A DNA stretch of 64,000 nucleotides. It comes from the human T2T-CHM13v2.0 reference genome, Homo sapiens. How positions within the stretch are numbered: the first letter of the stretch is position 1; the number at the start of each line of letters is the position of its first letter. Position numbers and translations under genes: made by a program. Shown one piece after another: positions 46,009-59,595 of this stretch. The stretch lies in assembly GCF_009914755.1 (NCBI RefSeq), contig NC_060945.1. One strand, given 5' to 3'. The notes beneath the pieces are model-generated. The model saw only the letters and a list, made by a program, of their open reading frames with translations. It ran no database searches and was not told where the DNA came from.

Positions 46009-46925
46009 GGAAAACATACGTTTTTTCTGCCTAAATAACAATGGAATAGTGAAACCTCTAAATAATCTAAGGGAGTTCAGTCCACCCTCATCCTCCATTC
46101 TTTTTACAAGATGGTGAAAAAGGACCTGCTCAACTGTCAGACGTAGAACATTGTTCAGAAAGACATTTGCTTTAGCATCTGCCTTTGAAACACTGAAGGA
46201 TCCCCAAACTCATTGTCAAAGAAAAAAAAAAAAACAGAAAGGGAGTTTATACTGTTTCCCACTGTGAAAACATTTCCCAAATAAAATATTAAACACTTGA
46301 GTGTCATTATGGATTAATCTTTAATGACATTTTTCTGAGCACTGTGATGACCTGGAATGAATCTGTAATAACATGACCTGGTGATCCCATAGGCATGGGA
46401 CCTTTGAGATCTACACAAGATTAATAACCAGAGGATGGTCCCAAGGGGTCTATCAAAATATCCATTACAGCGATTATTTGATACCCAATGTAATACTGCA
46501 TTTTTAACAAATAATGTCCAGTGTATTTTGTGTTTCCCATGAGATCTGTGTCCACACTGTTAGGAAGTAGACTTTAATACTATGAATTAAACTAACAGTC
46601 TTTATTTGCAATCCTGTTATCCATTTGAAACTCACACGTAAACTTTCTCACACAGGGGAGAAATAGACTTTTGTATTAAAGATTCCTTTAATCTTGGTTG
46701 ATTTTTATTAAAAATGTCTTCATGTCTGCCCTTAACAATTTTCATTGTCCTATGCACTTTTTTTGAGTTTTCAAATTTGATATTTTAATGAATCTCAACT
46801 GTTCTTAAAATAGTCTCATTACTTAACTTTTTTTGCTTTTATATTTACTTATATGCTGCTGCTCTTTTGAATTTAGTCTATTTCCTAGGTAGCATTCATA
46901 ACTCATGGCCACATACTTGCTTCTG

Positions 46926-46984
46926 AATGAAATGTTTTCATTTTTACTTTACTTCCAAAATGAAATGTTTTCATTTTTACTTTA
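46926..46984. repeat. 26-bp direct repeat, period 33
   Basis: AATGAAATGTTTTCATTTTTACTTTA at 46926-46951 and 46959-46984. Confidence 0.92.
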
Positions 46985-48191
46985 TTTCTTGCAACCCACA
47001 TGCTCTTTTCTCCTTTTGGCTTATTCACCTTATTATTTTTCTATGAGTTGCCATGTGGTTGTGATAAAGTTCAATTTCTTTACTTTTTAATTTTGCTGGT
47101 AATTTACCACTTAATTCAAACATATCTTGAGCAGTTATGGTCTCATATACCTAAATTTGCTTTATATTTTTTCTTCTGGTATCTGAGCAATTTAAAAACA
47201 ACTAAGATTTTCTTATTTCCATGAGAAATAAACATTTAGGAAATGTGTATAATTATCACCATATTAGTTTGCATGCCAAAGAAGTGAGAGCTTTGGGTAT
47301 GAAAACTATAATCATAAAAAGATACAGAAATAATAAAACTAATAATAATAATAATAAAGCATATAAACTCCATTTTTCAGACTTTGAGATTAGCATGCTT
47401 CATTTGTATAGAGTTTTATATATAAAGATTGCTGTGTCAAACTCAATTTTATTGTTTAAACTCTTTAGTTTTTTATGTTTATATCACTCGTTCTGATGTT
47501 TTCTAAACTACTGACATATATACACACACACACATATATATATTTAAGTATAAATATTTACCCTTAAGTTCACTCATCAGTTATTCTGCTTCCATTACAT
47601 TCTCATATAAATGCAGATCTTGTTTCTACAACTCTGTATTTTTCAGACATGTAAAATGCCCATTCATAACCAGCTTCAATAACTAGGTTGTAGGATAAAA
47701 CACCTCAGGAAAACACCATTTATATTAGATGTTCCATCAAATGTCTACATCTGTGCCCATCATTTTAGGGTAAAAAAAAATACTTCAATAGAAAGCAGAT
47801 AATATTCAGTAACTAGTATTGGAAGATTTTAGACTTATCTTTACTATTATCTACCTATTCCAAATATGTCTATGACATAAAGCACCTGGAGATGAATATT
47901 TAATATGGTTTCAAATTCCCATCAACGCCACTAAACAACTGACCTAACTAAACTAACCAAAATATTGACATTTTCTAACAATTGGTCTAGATTGTATTTG
48001 GTACACCTTCATTATCCTTTTTTAAGTTTAGTTTTATATGTATATGTATCTTTTCTTCTGAATTAGAATTGTTACATACTGAGATATAGAAATACTTAAG
48101 AAATATTAGCTGTGGCTTTCTTGCTGGGATAGGAGGGACAGAAAATGACTGAAGAAGTTTCTGATATTGGAAACTATTTCACAAAGATTAA

Positions 48192-48238
48192 TGTGTATTT
48201 ATGTGTATTATGTACCACATAATACACATAAATACACA
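48192..48238. repeat. Perfect 22-bp inverted repeat with 3-nt loop
   Basis: TGTGTATTTATGTGTATTATGT-ACC-ACATAATACACATAAATACACA. Confidence 0.95.
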
Positions 48239-50444
48239 AAGATAAATGTGTATTATGTACCACATAAAATGTGGTATAAAATTTCATAATATGTAGGAAA
48301 CATACAATAGTTATTGAAAATAGCTCCACTTGAAAAGTACAAATAAAGAAAAGAAACTATGCTAGATTAATTTTTTCAATTTGCAAATGTGAAGCTAAAT
48401 TTATTTTAGCAATAAAGATTTTTATATTATTAATCACTTTGGATTACCTATCTTGTGGCTACATTCTATCCCTTTTGCTAAACACACTTTTACTGAATAC
48501 TGAATTTTGGATTAATTGCTTATCAGTCAAAACAATTGAAAAGGAATATGATCTATTACATGGAGAGATTAATTAGCTATTTCCTGACACACCATTTTGT
48601 GTAGGCATTTTGGAATGCATAATAAATGCCACAGAAAAATAGAAGAGAGAACAAAAAGCTACATTTAGTTTCTATATCATGACTTCACAGTGTTAATGCT
48701 GCAATTAATTCAGTGTTAATGACAATGAGAGTTTTTTTGGTGTGCTCTTCCCCCCACATGTGAGAAGCTGGCTAAACTCTTGCAAGATTGGGAGTGAAGG
48801 GGATCTATTTCAAAATCAGGCCTTTTCCAGTTATCCAGGCATAAATAGTTCTAGGATCTTCATTATGAAAGAAAACACAGAAACCCAATTTTTACGGACT
48901 GCAGTGGCTTATGCAATCAGCAGTCACTAGCCAAGCATGCTTCCCCTAATGTTTTTCTGCCCATGGCAACCACCTTTTCTGTCTGGATGATCGAGAGTAC
49001 AGAAGCCTGAAGGGGACATGTCCTAGCACAGCCTGGGTGTGGGGAATTGGACAGACCCGTCCCTTTGCTATAATTGAATGCCACATCTCTAAATCAGTAT
49101 GTAACAAATGTACCATTCGAATACCATGAAGACACAGAAACTTCTCATCACTAGGAGTTTGTCACATATTTTGAAAAGTGGTTACAGTGTACAAATACCA
49201 TTTGCAATGAGATTTTAAAAATAGGTTATTATCAAAATAATGTTCAAATTATGGTGACCCTCACTGCTTGATACAGGCAGCTCACAGGCTTTTGAAACTG
49301 TTTTCTGTTTCTTTAAGCATGCACTCTGGTTAATATAAGAAAACGATAATTCATTTCAAAAATAAAAGGCATACTTTTTATTGCTGCTTTCTTGCATCCA
49401 AATTATGGTAAATAAATATGATATTCTTCAGCACACTGCAACTATTATCAGTAATTTTCTGTATGTATTGCATAGTCGCTCTGTGCTTCAGACTTTTTCC
49501 AGCTAATATTTAAGAGGATGACAGTATTTCGTTTTGGCTATATTTCCAACACTCATGATACATATTTATTCATCAAGTATTTAAATTAAACTAAGACATA
49601 TGCTGCCAACAGAAACTAGTAATTCTTTTTGTCAAGTCTGTGACATGTTTTTGAGCATTCAGTTAATATTTTTATGGATACAGTGTTAAACCCTAAACAA
49701 GTCATCATAAAATGCTTGTGAATTTAGACTGGATATACTGGGAAATGTACTTCGAGCTGAGAAAGGAATGCTCAGATGCCAAACTGGCTGCTGAGCTAAA
49801 AGTGGAAAGCAGTGCTAGAACCATATATGTCACTGTGGTTTGCTAAATCTCAAATCCCAGGTTTGGACTTTTCTATCCTTCTCCAAGTCAGTAGAATAGA
49901 AAGGGAAACATCATTGATACGCTTTTAGTTTTGGTTTTGGTCTGTGTTTATTACAATGAAAAATTCAGTACAATGAAAAGAGAAGGCCCAGAATCCAGGC
50001 AGCACTGTTTCATGGGAAGGGCCGTGGGGGGCCGAGGCAAGCGTAGAACATGGCAAGTGGACTGTAGCTACACATCTAAACAGCAACTCGTTAGGGTTTA
50101 AGGTAACACAGATGTGTGCAGCAGAGTATAAATGGATTTAATATCTCAATAATTGACAAAAACATACTTCTTATTCCCTTACTACCGAGGAAATGGTCAT
50201 GTAAAACACATTTCTTACTGATCTGTAATATCTTCTTTGGTATATCAATGAGCTCAATAAAATAGCCCCATCTATGTATCTATCCATCTATCCATCACCT
50301 AATCTGTCATCTATCTATCTAACTGCTGATAAAAGTTCGATACACTATGTTGGAGGGAAAATTTGTAAAGATGAACGCTATTTCCAGTACAACTAGAGTA
50401 TTCATGTGTAAAAATTTTTTACATATATCTTATATTTATTCAGT

Positions 50445-50620
50445 GGCTATTATGAAATATAGTATGCCAAATGTTTCATATAAACCATCCATTACATTGA
50501 GAAAACAGTGTCGTGAGATACGTAACATTTTTAGAATTTACAAACAAGGAAATTGAGAATAAAAACGGTCTAGGAAATGTCATCAAAATCACATGATTAA
50601 TAGGTATTACCAGTATATAT
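50445..50620 (-). mobile_element. MIR
   Basis: TTTACAAACAAGGAAATTGAGA...CAAAATCACATGATTAATAGGT core in antisense. Confidence 0.55.
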
Positions 50621-50635
50621 GATGATTTCTTACTC

Positions 50636-50734
50636 TTTGTTATTGTTGTTGTTGTTGTTTGTTGTTTTTTTGAGATGGAGTTTCACTCTTGTTGCCCAGG
50701 CTGGAGTGCAATGGTGTGATCTCGGCTCACTGCA
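50636..50734 (-). mobile_element. AluSq/Sp 3' fragment (about 63 bp) with (TTG)n tail
   Basis: TGAGATGGAGTTTCACTCTTGTTGCCCAGGCTGGAGTGCAATGG...CACTGCA. Confidence 0.9.
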
Positions 50735-52637
50735 GATGAACTTTATCAATGGACAGAATGCACAGAAGGAAAAATAAATTAATGAAAAGGGTCAGAAATA
50801 TGTATTATAATTAGGAGGAAAAAGGACAAAATTCATCCTTGAAAGGTGTATTCCAATAATATTAAGTTTAAAAATCACCTGCAAAATTTTTTAAATTAGG
50901 ATTTAACAACAGTAATTAAAACGTATTCGGGAATTTGAAAGAATGATTTTCAAAAGGAATTGTGAGGGTCTCATATCTGGAGTGGTTGTAAATAAACCAC
51001 AGTTATTTTTTTTCCATCACTATGAAACACATTATCCATTTGCCTTGACAGAATATACTAAAAAAAATTCAAAGACAAAATATGAAAAAGGAAGGGCATT
51101 AAATACCAATGGCAAATAGAACATAATTTTCATATGATTATATGAATTGGCTTTAGAATTATTTGAAAAACATGCAATCAATAGCACTTTTAAGAAGCTG
51201 AAAAAGGGAATTTAGAAATTCCTTTTGTTGTTCAAAGGCTGAAGCTCCAGATGTTTGAACTGCAGCCAGTAAGCCCCACCAAACACAAGCTCTCCCTTTC
51301 TTTTGCCTGATGTGCTGGTTTCAAACAGACAACTTGTATCACTAAATCATGAGTATGGTGAAATGTTGGCATCTCTATTTTGTTATTGCTGAAGTCCAAG
51401 TGAAAAAGCGAATTTTCTTAGCTGTAGATATTTTTTGCATGCATTAATTTTAGGGAAAAAATAAAGTCTAGCTGGTAAAGAGGAAGAAATGGAAAAGGGG
51501 CTTACAGAAGGGCTTTGTCATTTATAAAATAATAAAGTAAAATGATAAACTGTGAATACTGTAAACTAATATGTTTTTTAAAATGGGGGAGGGAAATAGA
51601 CCATGTGCTCCAAGTACACTGAGGTTCAGATCTTAAAGGATTCACAGTATACCTTGTATTCATTTTCTCACTCAAGATTCCAAGTAGTTTTAGAAATTGC
51701 TCATGCCTTTGCATAAAAACATTCAAAGTAATTTAAGAAATTGCAGTATTAAATAGTGAAAAATATATGTTGCAGCCTATTTTTTATAAACTTCAGTAAA
51801 TCATTTCTTTCTTCCATTCTTAGCTGTGTTGGGCTGACTCTGAATATTAAATCTACTTATGAATAGGATGACTGGTGATGTCACTTTAGCTCTTGAGAAC
51901 AGGGTTAGGTAACTTGGGCTCCCTCTGGTGTCGGCCTCGTTCCTTTTTCAGTAGCTAAAAGAAATAGAAAAAAATGATCATCATTTTAAAAAACCAACTT
52001 CTGTAATATAAACTATCATAAAATAGTAAGAATAACTTACATTTTTATACTACCTCTCATAAAAAGTGAGCATGACTTCAAGTTAATTTGAAACAAGGAA
52101 ACGTATATTCTTATGATGAATGTTTAATATCCAGAGACTGTTTTTTCTTGGAAATAAGAACATAAGATAAAAGAAATGTAGAAATGTCCTTTAGTAATTT
52201 TGCCATAAAGGTATGTAAACTCCACAGAAACATGTTGCTTATTGCTAAAAAAAAAAAAACAAAATACAAAACAAAAACTTAACTGCTTATACTGATATTT
52301 AATATTAAGATGAGCTAATTGGCATCACTATTAACTATATTTAATCAAAATGCTAGTACAAAAACCACACCATGTTTAACCATGAATACTTGTACCTTAC
52401 AAATAAACAAAACTTTCATTTAAGTGTAGAGATAATTTTAATAAATGCTAGATAAAATCGCTAGTTTTACAAGGTTTATAAACCTTATTAAAGGCTGTTA
52501 TGTGATTTAGAAAAGCAAAAAAAAAAAGAGGTAACAGTTTAAAACTACAAGGAAAACACTCTATTTTTGGATACTTTACCTTGTTTATTTCACTAAACTC
52601 TATGGTTTGAATGTGTGTTAGAATTTACAAACAAGGA

Positions 52638-52896
52638 GGCCGGGCGCAGTGGTTCAAGCCTGTAATCCCAGAACTTTGGCAGGCTGAGGCAGGCAGATCA
52701 CGAGGTCAGGAGTTCAAGACCAGCCTGACTAATATGGTGAAACCCCGTCTCTACTGAAAATACAAAAATTAGCTGGGCGTGGTGGCGCACGCCTGTAGTC
52801 CCAGCTACTGGGAGGCGGAGGTTGCAGTGAGCCAAGATCGCGCCAATGCACTCCAACCTGGGAGACAGAGTGGGACTCCGTCTCAAAAAAAAAAAA
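52638..52896 (+). mobile_element. AluSg-type element with a ~32-bp right-arm deletion
   Basis: CAGCTACTGGGAGGCGGAGG shows collapse between the two GGGAGGC copies; TSD core GAATTTACAA (52621-52630 / 52898-52907). Confidence 0.92.
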
Positions 52897-53139
52897 GGAA
52901 TTTACAACACAGAAATGTGTTTAAATTTAAATTTACATGACTTTGTTATATTTATGCTATGGAATTAGTTCTGAACATTTCAACAGCAATTTGTATTCTA
53001 AGACTTAGGCATGGAAATACATTTTACTAAATATTTATTTTTATTATTTTTCATAGTGCCACGTCGTAGGATATAAAGTTTCATTACTTTCATTGCTTCT
53101 ATAAGCCATATGACTATGCATGTAATATTCAATAAATGT

Positions 53140-53380
53140 TTATTATTTATATTTAAAAGGTATACATTATTAGAAGTTTCTGCTTTGTGTATACTTATAT
53201 AATTACTTATATATGAATATACGCACCCATATAAATATAAATTAAATATAGCTATATGCTTATTTAAATGACATGTTTATATAAATTAGTTACATTTATA
53301 CAAATTATGTATATTTATACAGATATATACATTATAAATATTTGTATAAATGATATATGAGATAAATAAAATAATACTGG
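53140..53380. repeat. AT-rich low-complexity tract
   Basis: TATA/ATAT-dominated composition. Confidence 0.7.
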
Positions 53381-53720
53381 CCACTGAAATTTACCTATAT
53401 GTGATTATCATCCATGTAGTGTTATTTTTAAAGTAAATAAAATTAGATAAAATATTTTACAGAACAAAATTTAATTATTTAAATACAAAGTATAATTGTC
53501 TATAACTAATATAATTATCTTTTGAGAATCAGGCCATCATTAGCACACATATACTCCAACTTGAAAGTAGAAAGTAAATTTATAGAATACTAAAAAGAAA
53601 ACACAGAAAAGATAATGATTAGAACATGACAAAGTACATGATGAAGAAATAAGTAAATAATTTGGGAATATTTTACCGAGAGACAAGACATGCTAGCATA
53701 GGGGTAGTTTCATAATGGTT

Positions 53721-53721
53721 T

Positions 53722-53760
<39 letters not shown>

Positions 53761-53830
53761 TTCATTCATCAGTTTAAAAATATGTATTGAGCACCTATTA
53801 TGCAATACACATATTTTCTGTTGCTACATG
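53721..53830 (-). mobile_element. (TTTA)10 microsatellite grading into an L2 3' end
   Basis: TTTA units, then TTCATTCA...TATGTATTGAGCACCTATTATGC. Confidence 0.75.
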
Positions 53831-55332
53831 ATTTTATAATGTTATCTACTTCATTACATGCTGATAGAAAGGAAGCATGAAACATTCATTTTATTTCTCA
53901 AGAAAGAAAACAAACAAAAAGCAGAAATATATTTTAAAAACTAAAATATACTTGTTAGTATAGGTATGTAAGCAGTGCTTTAGTTCTGCCTGGTGTAGTT
54001 AAATCTGGAAAGCTTAATCAGGCAGGAACTGTTACTGGGTTAAAACAGACATGGGAACAATTTCAGGATTTGGCAAGAATGAGAAGGTCACAGTTGGCAA
54101 CTATGACACACAACCAGCATCGGCGAGTTGAGTACCAAGTGTGCATTCTACCGAAAGTTAAGAAAGGGGATGTTAGATCATTAAGAACTGCAGGCTTCAT
54201 AATAGCCTTGAGCTAAAATACAGCTGTAGGCTACTTGTGGAGATTTTAGTAATAAGGAAGAATCGTTTTTTTTCTTTGTTTCACAGATACTAATTTCCTA
54301 AACATGGAGTTAGAGTTTAGGGGCTAGAAATCAGCCTCAAGGACAGAGTGGAGTAGTGCACAGCCTTTTGAGTGAAAAAAAAAAATGGTATTCAGTTACT
54401 GATATTGGAGCACAGATTAATGCAGAGAAAGCAGCAAGTTAACTTGGAACTTGACAGCCGCCTGTCTTACTATTAGCTACAGCAGCTCATTATCTTCCTC
54501 TGCATTTAGGAATGGAGACTGATCAGAAAGGTATAGATCCAAAAGCAGAAGGGAAGGGAAGCAGGGAGTGTGTTGACAGATGTGGCGTATTAAACATACA
54601 TTGCAAATTTCAGGTTTTTATTAAGATACAATGGGCAGAATATCTCAATATATTAGTAGATCATAAATTATTCTCACCTATTGCTATCTGACTTGCCCTT
54701 TGCAAGTATTCAAATATTTTGTCCCCACTGAAATTTTAATTTGTGACCTCCTCCTTTTCTCAGTCATGGTGGTAGATGTAATCTGAACGTCTTTCTACAA
54801 AACTATAGCAAACTACCTAACTAGATTGATAAGTAGATACACATACACACTTGATTAATCAGAGGAGACATGCAATGTATTCATATGTGTATGTCCATGA
54901 ATACTTATAAGTGAATACATTCTATTATTTCATAATTATATAATAATGGAAACCTTACTTCATTATCATATTAAAAATGTAGAAAACTTTTCTGAAAAAA
55001 GGGTCAAACATACCCAAAAGTTTGATCATATAGGAATAAACCACAATCCTTTAACCAAGGTTTGGAAAAATTTAAAATTAAAAAAAAAAAGATAACAACA
55101 ACACTCGAAAAAAAGAAAATCTGAACTCGTGCTAATTCTTACAAAGTATGCCTGGCCAAGACAGGAATCTAAACATTCATAGTTAATGTTATTATTATAG
55201 TTTATTGTTGTTTTAAGAAACTCGGTTGACAAAAACAAAAGGGATGTCTTTTCTTCCTTTGAGAATACGGGGTATTATCTCTGGAAAAAATACAAGTTTT
55301 TCTCGGTAAGAAGTGTTTGCTTCTTACGTTAA

Positions 55333-55753
<421 letters not shown>

Positions 55754-55866
55754 AATATCTAGCATAGGAGGAATCCTGAAGTGCTCCACATGACAGGGAG
55801 ATTATACTGAGAGAGCTGGGAAAAAAAGAGTGTTTTGGAATGCAGTTGAGCCCAATGGCAATGCCA

Positions 55867-55869
<3 letters not shown>

Positions 55870-55901
<32 letters not shown>
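55870..55901. repeat. Poly(A)32
   Basis: Uninterrupted A run with no adjacent element body. Confidence 0.95.
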
Positions 55902-55902
<1 letters not shown>

Positions 55903-56648
55903 CCTAGTTCTAAAACTTGTACCCTTTTATGATACAAAAAGCCATTCTGTTAGATAGAGCTGCAAACGCCAATTTCTACACATTGTCCTGCTCACTTGAA
56001 ATCCATGTGACACTGCAGACGGATTTAAGGTACCTGGACTCAAGTTTTGCATGTTTTTAGACTAGGTTACACAGAGCATTAGGTTCTCAGGTAAGGAAAA
56101 GAAGGTCATCTTTCAGGGATTACAGATAAGATCTTTTTGCCTTCACGCTGGGTTACCATGCTGAATCACCAAAGGGTATTTCAGCAAAGACAAGGAAGGA
56201 GATCAGCTTAATAATATTACTCCCGTCTCCAGAAGTAAGAGACAGGTGTACAGAAATAGGTTTCTCTGACTGTTAGAAAACCAGTATTTGGACAGAAAGA
56301 AAAAGACTTTACAACTCTTCAGCCCTTTTAGATGTTGACATAAATATGGAACTCGTTCTTTGTTTCCCTGAAAGAGCATATATTATAAATTTTAAAATAC
56401 ATGATTTTTAATTGTATTGTATTTAGTAGCTCTGTCTGTCATGAGAGTAATGTCACGTATTTCTAGCTTACAGTTTATTTTTTATCTAGTCAAAAACTGA
56501 CTTCTTTTTATAAGAGACAAACACACTTCAAGGTGGAAGATTTCAATATAAACACTAACATGACATTTTCTCTAAGTTAAAAACCACCAAAAAAGAGTAA
56601 GATAACATGTGTTAAAGTTCAACACATCTTCAGATATTATTCAAGTGA

Positions 56649-56968
<320 letters not shown>

Positions 56969-59246
56969 GAGGACAAGCATAACTCCACCATATGGATAGA
57001 GTATGGAGGCAAACATGTGAGCATCATTACATCATTATTATTATAATTATTTCTTATTTCCAGGGTCATGAGAAAAGGTCCAACAAGTTGTAGCAAACGA
57101 ATGATAAGCCATGAGGCATTTTTTATTTTGAAGTAGATAAACTCTCTTTATGCAATCCTAAAGAGTCACATTTATATACCACCCCAAACCATAAATCATG
57201 CACAATTGTTTGTTTTAAAGAGTTACCTATAATCTAGGACTCAGCACAAATTATAGAGAAGCTTTATCATTCACAGCAAAAATAAAAAGAAAAAAACTTA
57301 AAGAATAGCTTTGTGTGTGTATCATCACCAGGGTTTTAAAATTATAACATTTCATTTGCATTATGGTTTTATTGAAAATAAGATCCACTGGACACAATAA
57401 TATTACTTTGTAGATCCAAGTACTATGCTCTGAATCCACCATCTAAAGAAAGAAATATTGAAATGCTTGTTAATGTATCTAATGCTACTGTCATTCTCAT
57501 ATTTCACATATGAGTGAATGGTGTGGAGGATCAAATACATTTGAGCCTTGGCTGAGCAACAGAATCCCCAGTGAGGAAAAATACAGGATAGAAATTGTTT
57601 CAAAAAAGTGTTCAAAATAAGAAAGGGGAAAATACAGGCATAGGAACGTCATAACAAAATACCCCATTTTCTAACAAATAACTGAATGGTATCCATTGAC
57701 CAATAATATCATTAAATTAATTTCCGTCTTTGAGAGCAGTATTTGTTTGGCCTATCACCTATCTGAATAAATATGGACAGAGATAAGTTCAATTTTTTCC
57801 CTTTATTTTTAGTCGACACATAATAATTTATAATTTAATCCCATAATAATTTATGGGATACAGAGTGATATTTCAATACATGTATTCAATGTGTAATGAT
57901 CAAATCAGGATAATTAGCATATCCATCATCTCAAACATTTATCATTTCTTTGTGTTGGGAATAATCAAAAATTCTCTTCTAGCTTTAGAAGAATCCACAA
58001 TACACAATAGATTATTTTTAACTATATTTACCCTACAGTGCTATGGACACTAGAACTTATTTCTTTTACCTAGCTATAATTTTGTATTCTCCCTATTGGC
58101 TCTCTCACCCACCATTCCCAGTCTCTAATAACCATAATTTTATGCTCTCCTTCTATAAGCTCAACTTTTTAAGCTCCCATTTATGAGTGAGAAGATGCAG
58201 CATTTCTCTTTCTGACCTGACTTATTTTGTTTAACATAATATCCTCCAGTGTTGTCCATATTGCCATAAATGACAGGATTTTATTCTTTGTTATGGCTGA
58301 ATGTATTCTATTGTATATAATACTTTTCTTTATCCATTTATCTGTTAATGAACATTAATGTTGATTCTGTATCTTTGCTATTGTGAATAGTGCTACCATA
58401 AGCATGGGGTTGCAGGTATCTATTCAGTATAGTGATTTTCTTTCCTTTGGATAAACATCCAGTAGTGGGATGGCTAGATTATATGGTAATACAGTTGTAG
58501 TTTTTTGATAAAACTCCATACTGTTTTTCATAATAACTTCACTAATTGACATTCCTGTCAATGGTGTATAAGAGTTCCCTTTTTTCTTCATCCTTGCCAG
58601 CACTTATTGCTTTTTGGCTTTTTGTTAATAGCCATCTTAACTGAAGGATGATGATATTGCATTGTGATTTTCAATTGCATCTCCCTGATGATTAGTGCTG
58701 TTGAGAATTTTTTTCATATACTTGTTTGCCATTTCTATGCCTTTTTTGAGAAGTGTCTATTCCGATACTTTGCCCATTTTTAAAGTCAAATTATTAGATT
58801 TTTTATATTGTTGAGTTGTTTGACTTCTTTGCATATTTTGGATATTACTCTCTTGTCAAACATACATATTACAAATATTTCTCCCATTCTACAGAATGTC
58901 TTTTCATGATGTTGATGTTTTCATCAATGCCATGTTGTTCTTGTTACTATAGCTTTGTAGCATATTTTGAACTTAGCTACTATGATCCTTCCAGCTTTGT
59001 TCTTTTGTTAAGTACTGCCTTGGTTATTCAGGGTCTTTTGCAGTTGTATACAAATTTTAGCAGTTTTCCTATTTCTCTAAAGATTGTCACTGGTATTTTC
59101 CTTACTTTGTGCACTATGGTCATTTTAACAATATTAATTATTCCAATCCATGAGCATCAGATGTCTTTTAATTTATTTGTACCTTCTTCAATTTCTTTTA
59201 TCAGTTTTTTTTTAGTTTTCGTGGTAGACACCTTTCACATTCTTAA

Positions 59247-59595
<349 letters not shown>

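Noticed and set aside
43350-48276. Short spaced direct repeats as a CRISPR-like array
   Set aside because: Only two copies each, unrelated to one another, in primate DNA with no cas genes.
52471-52486. 16-bp palindrome AAGGTTTATAAACCTT
   Set aside because: An isolated 8-bp-arm palindrome is expected by chance in 64 kb of AT-rich DNA.
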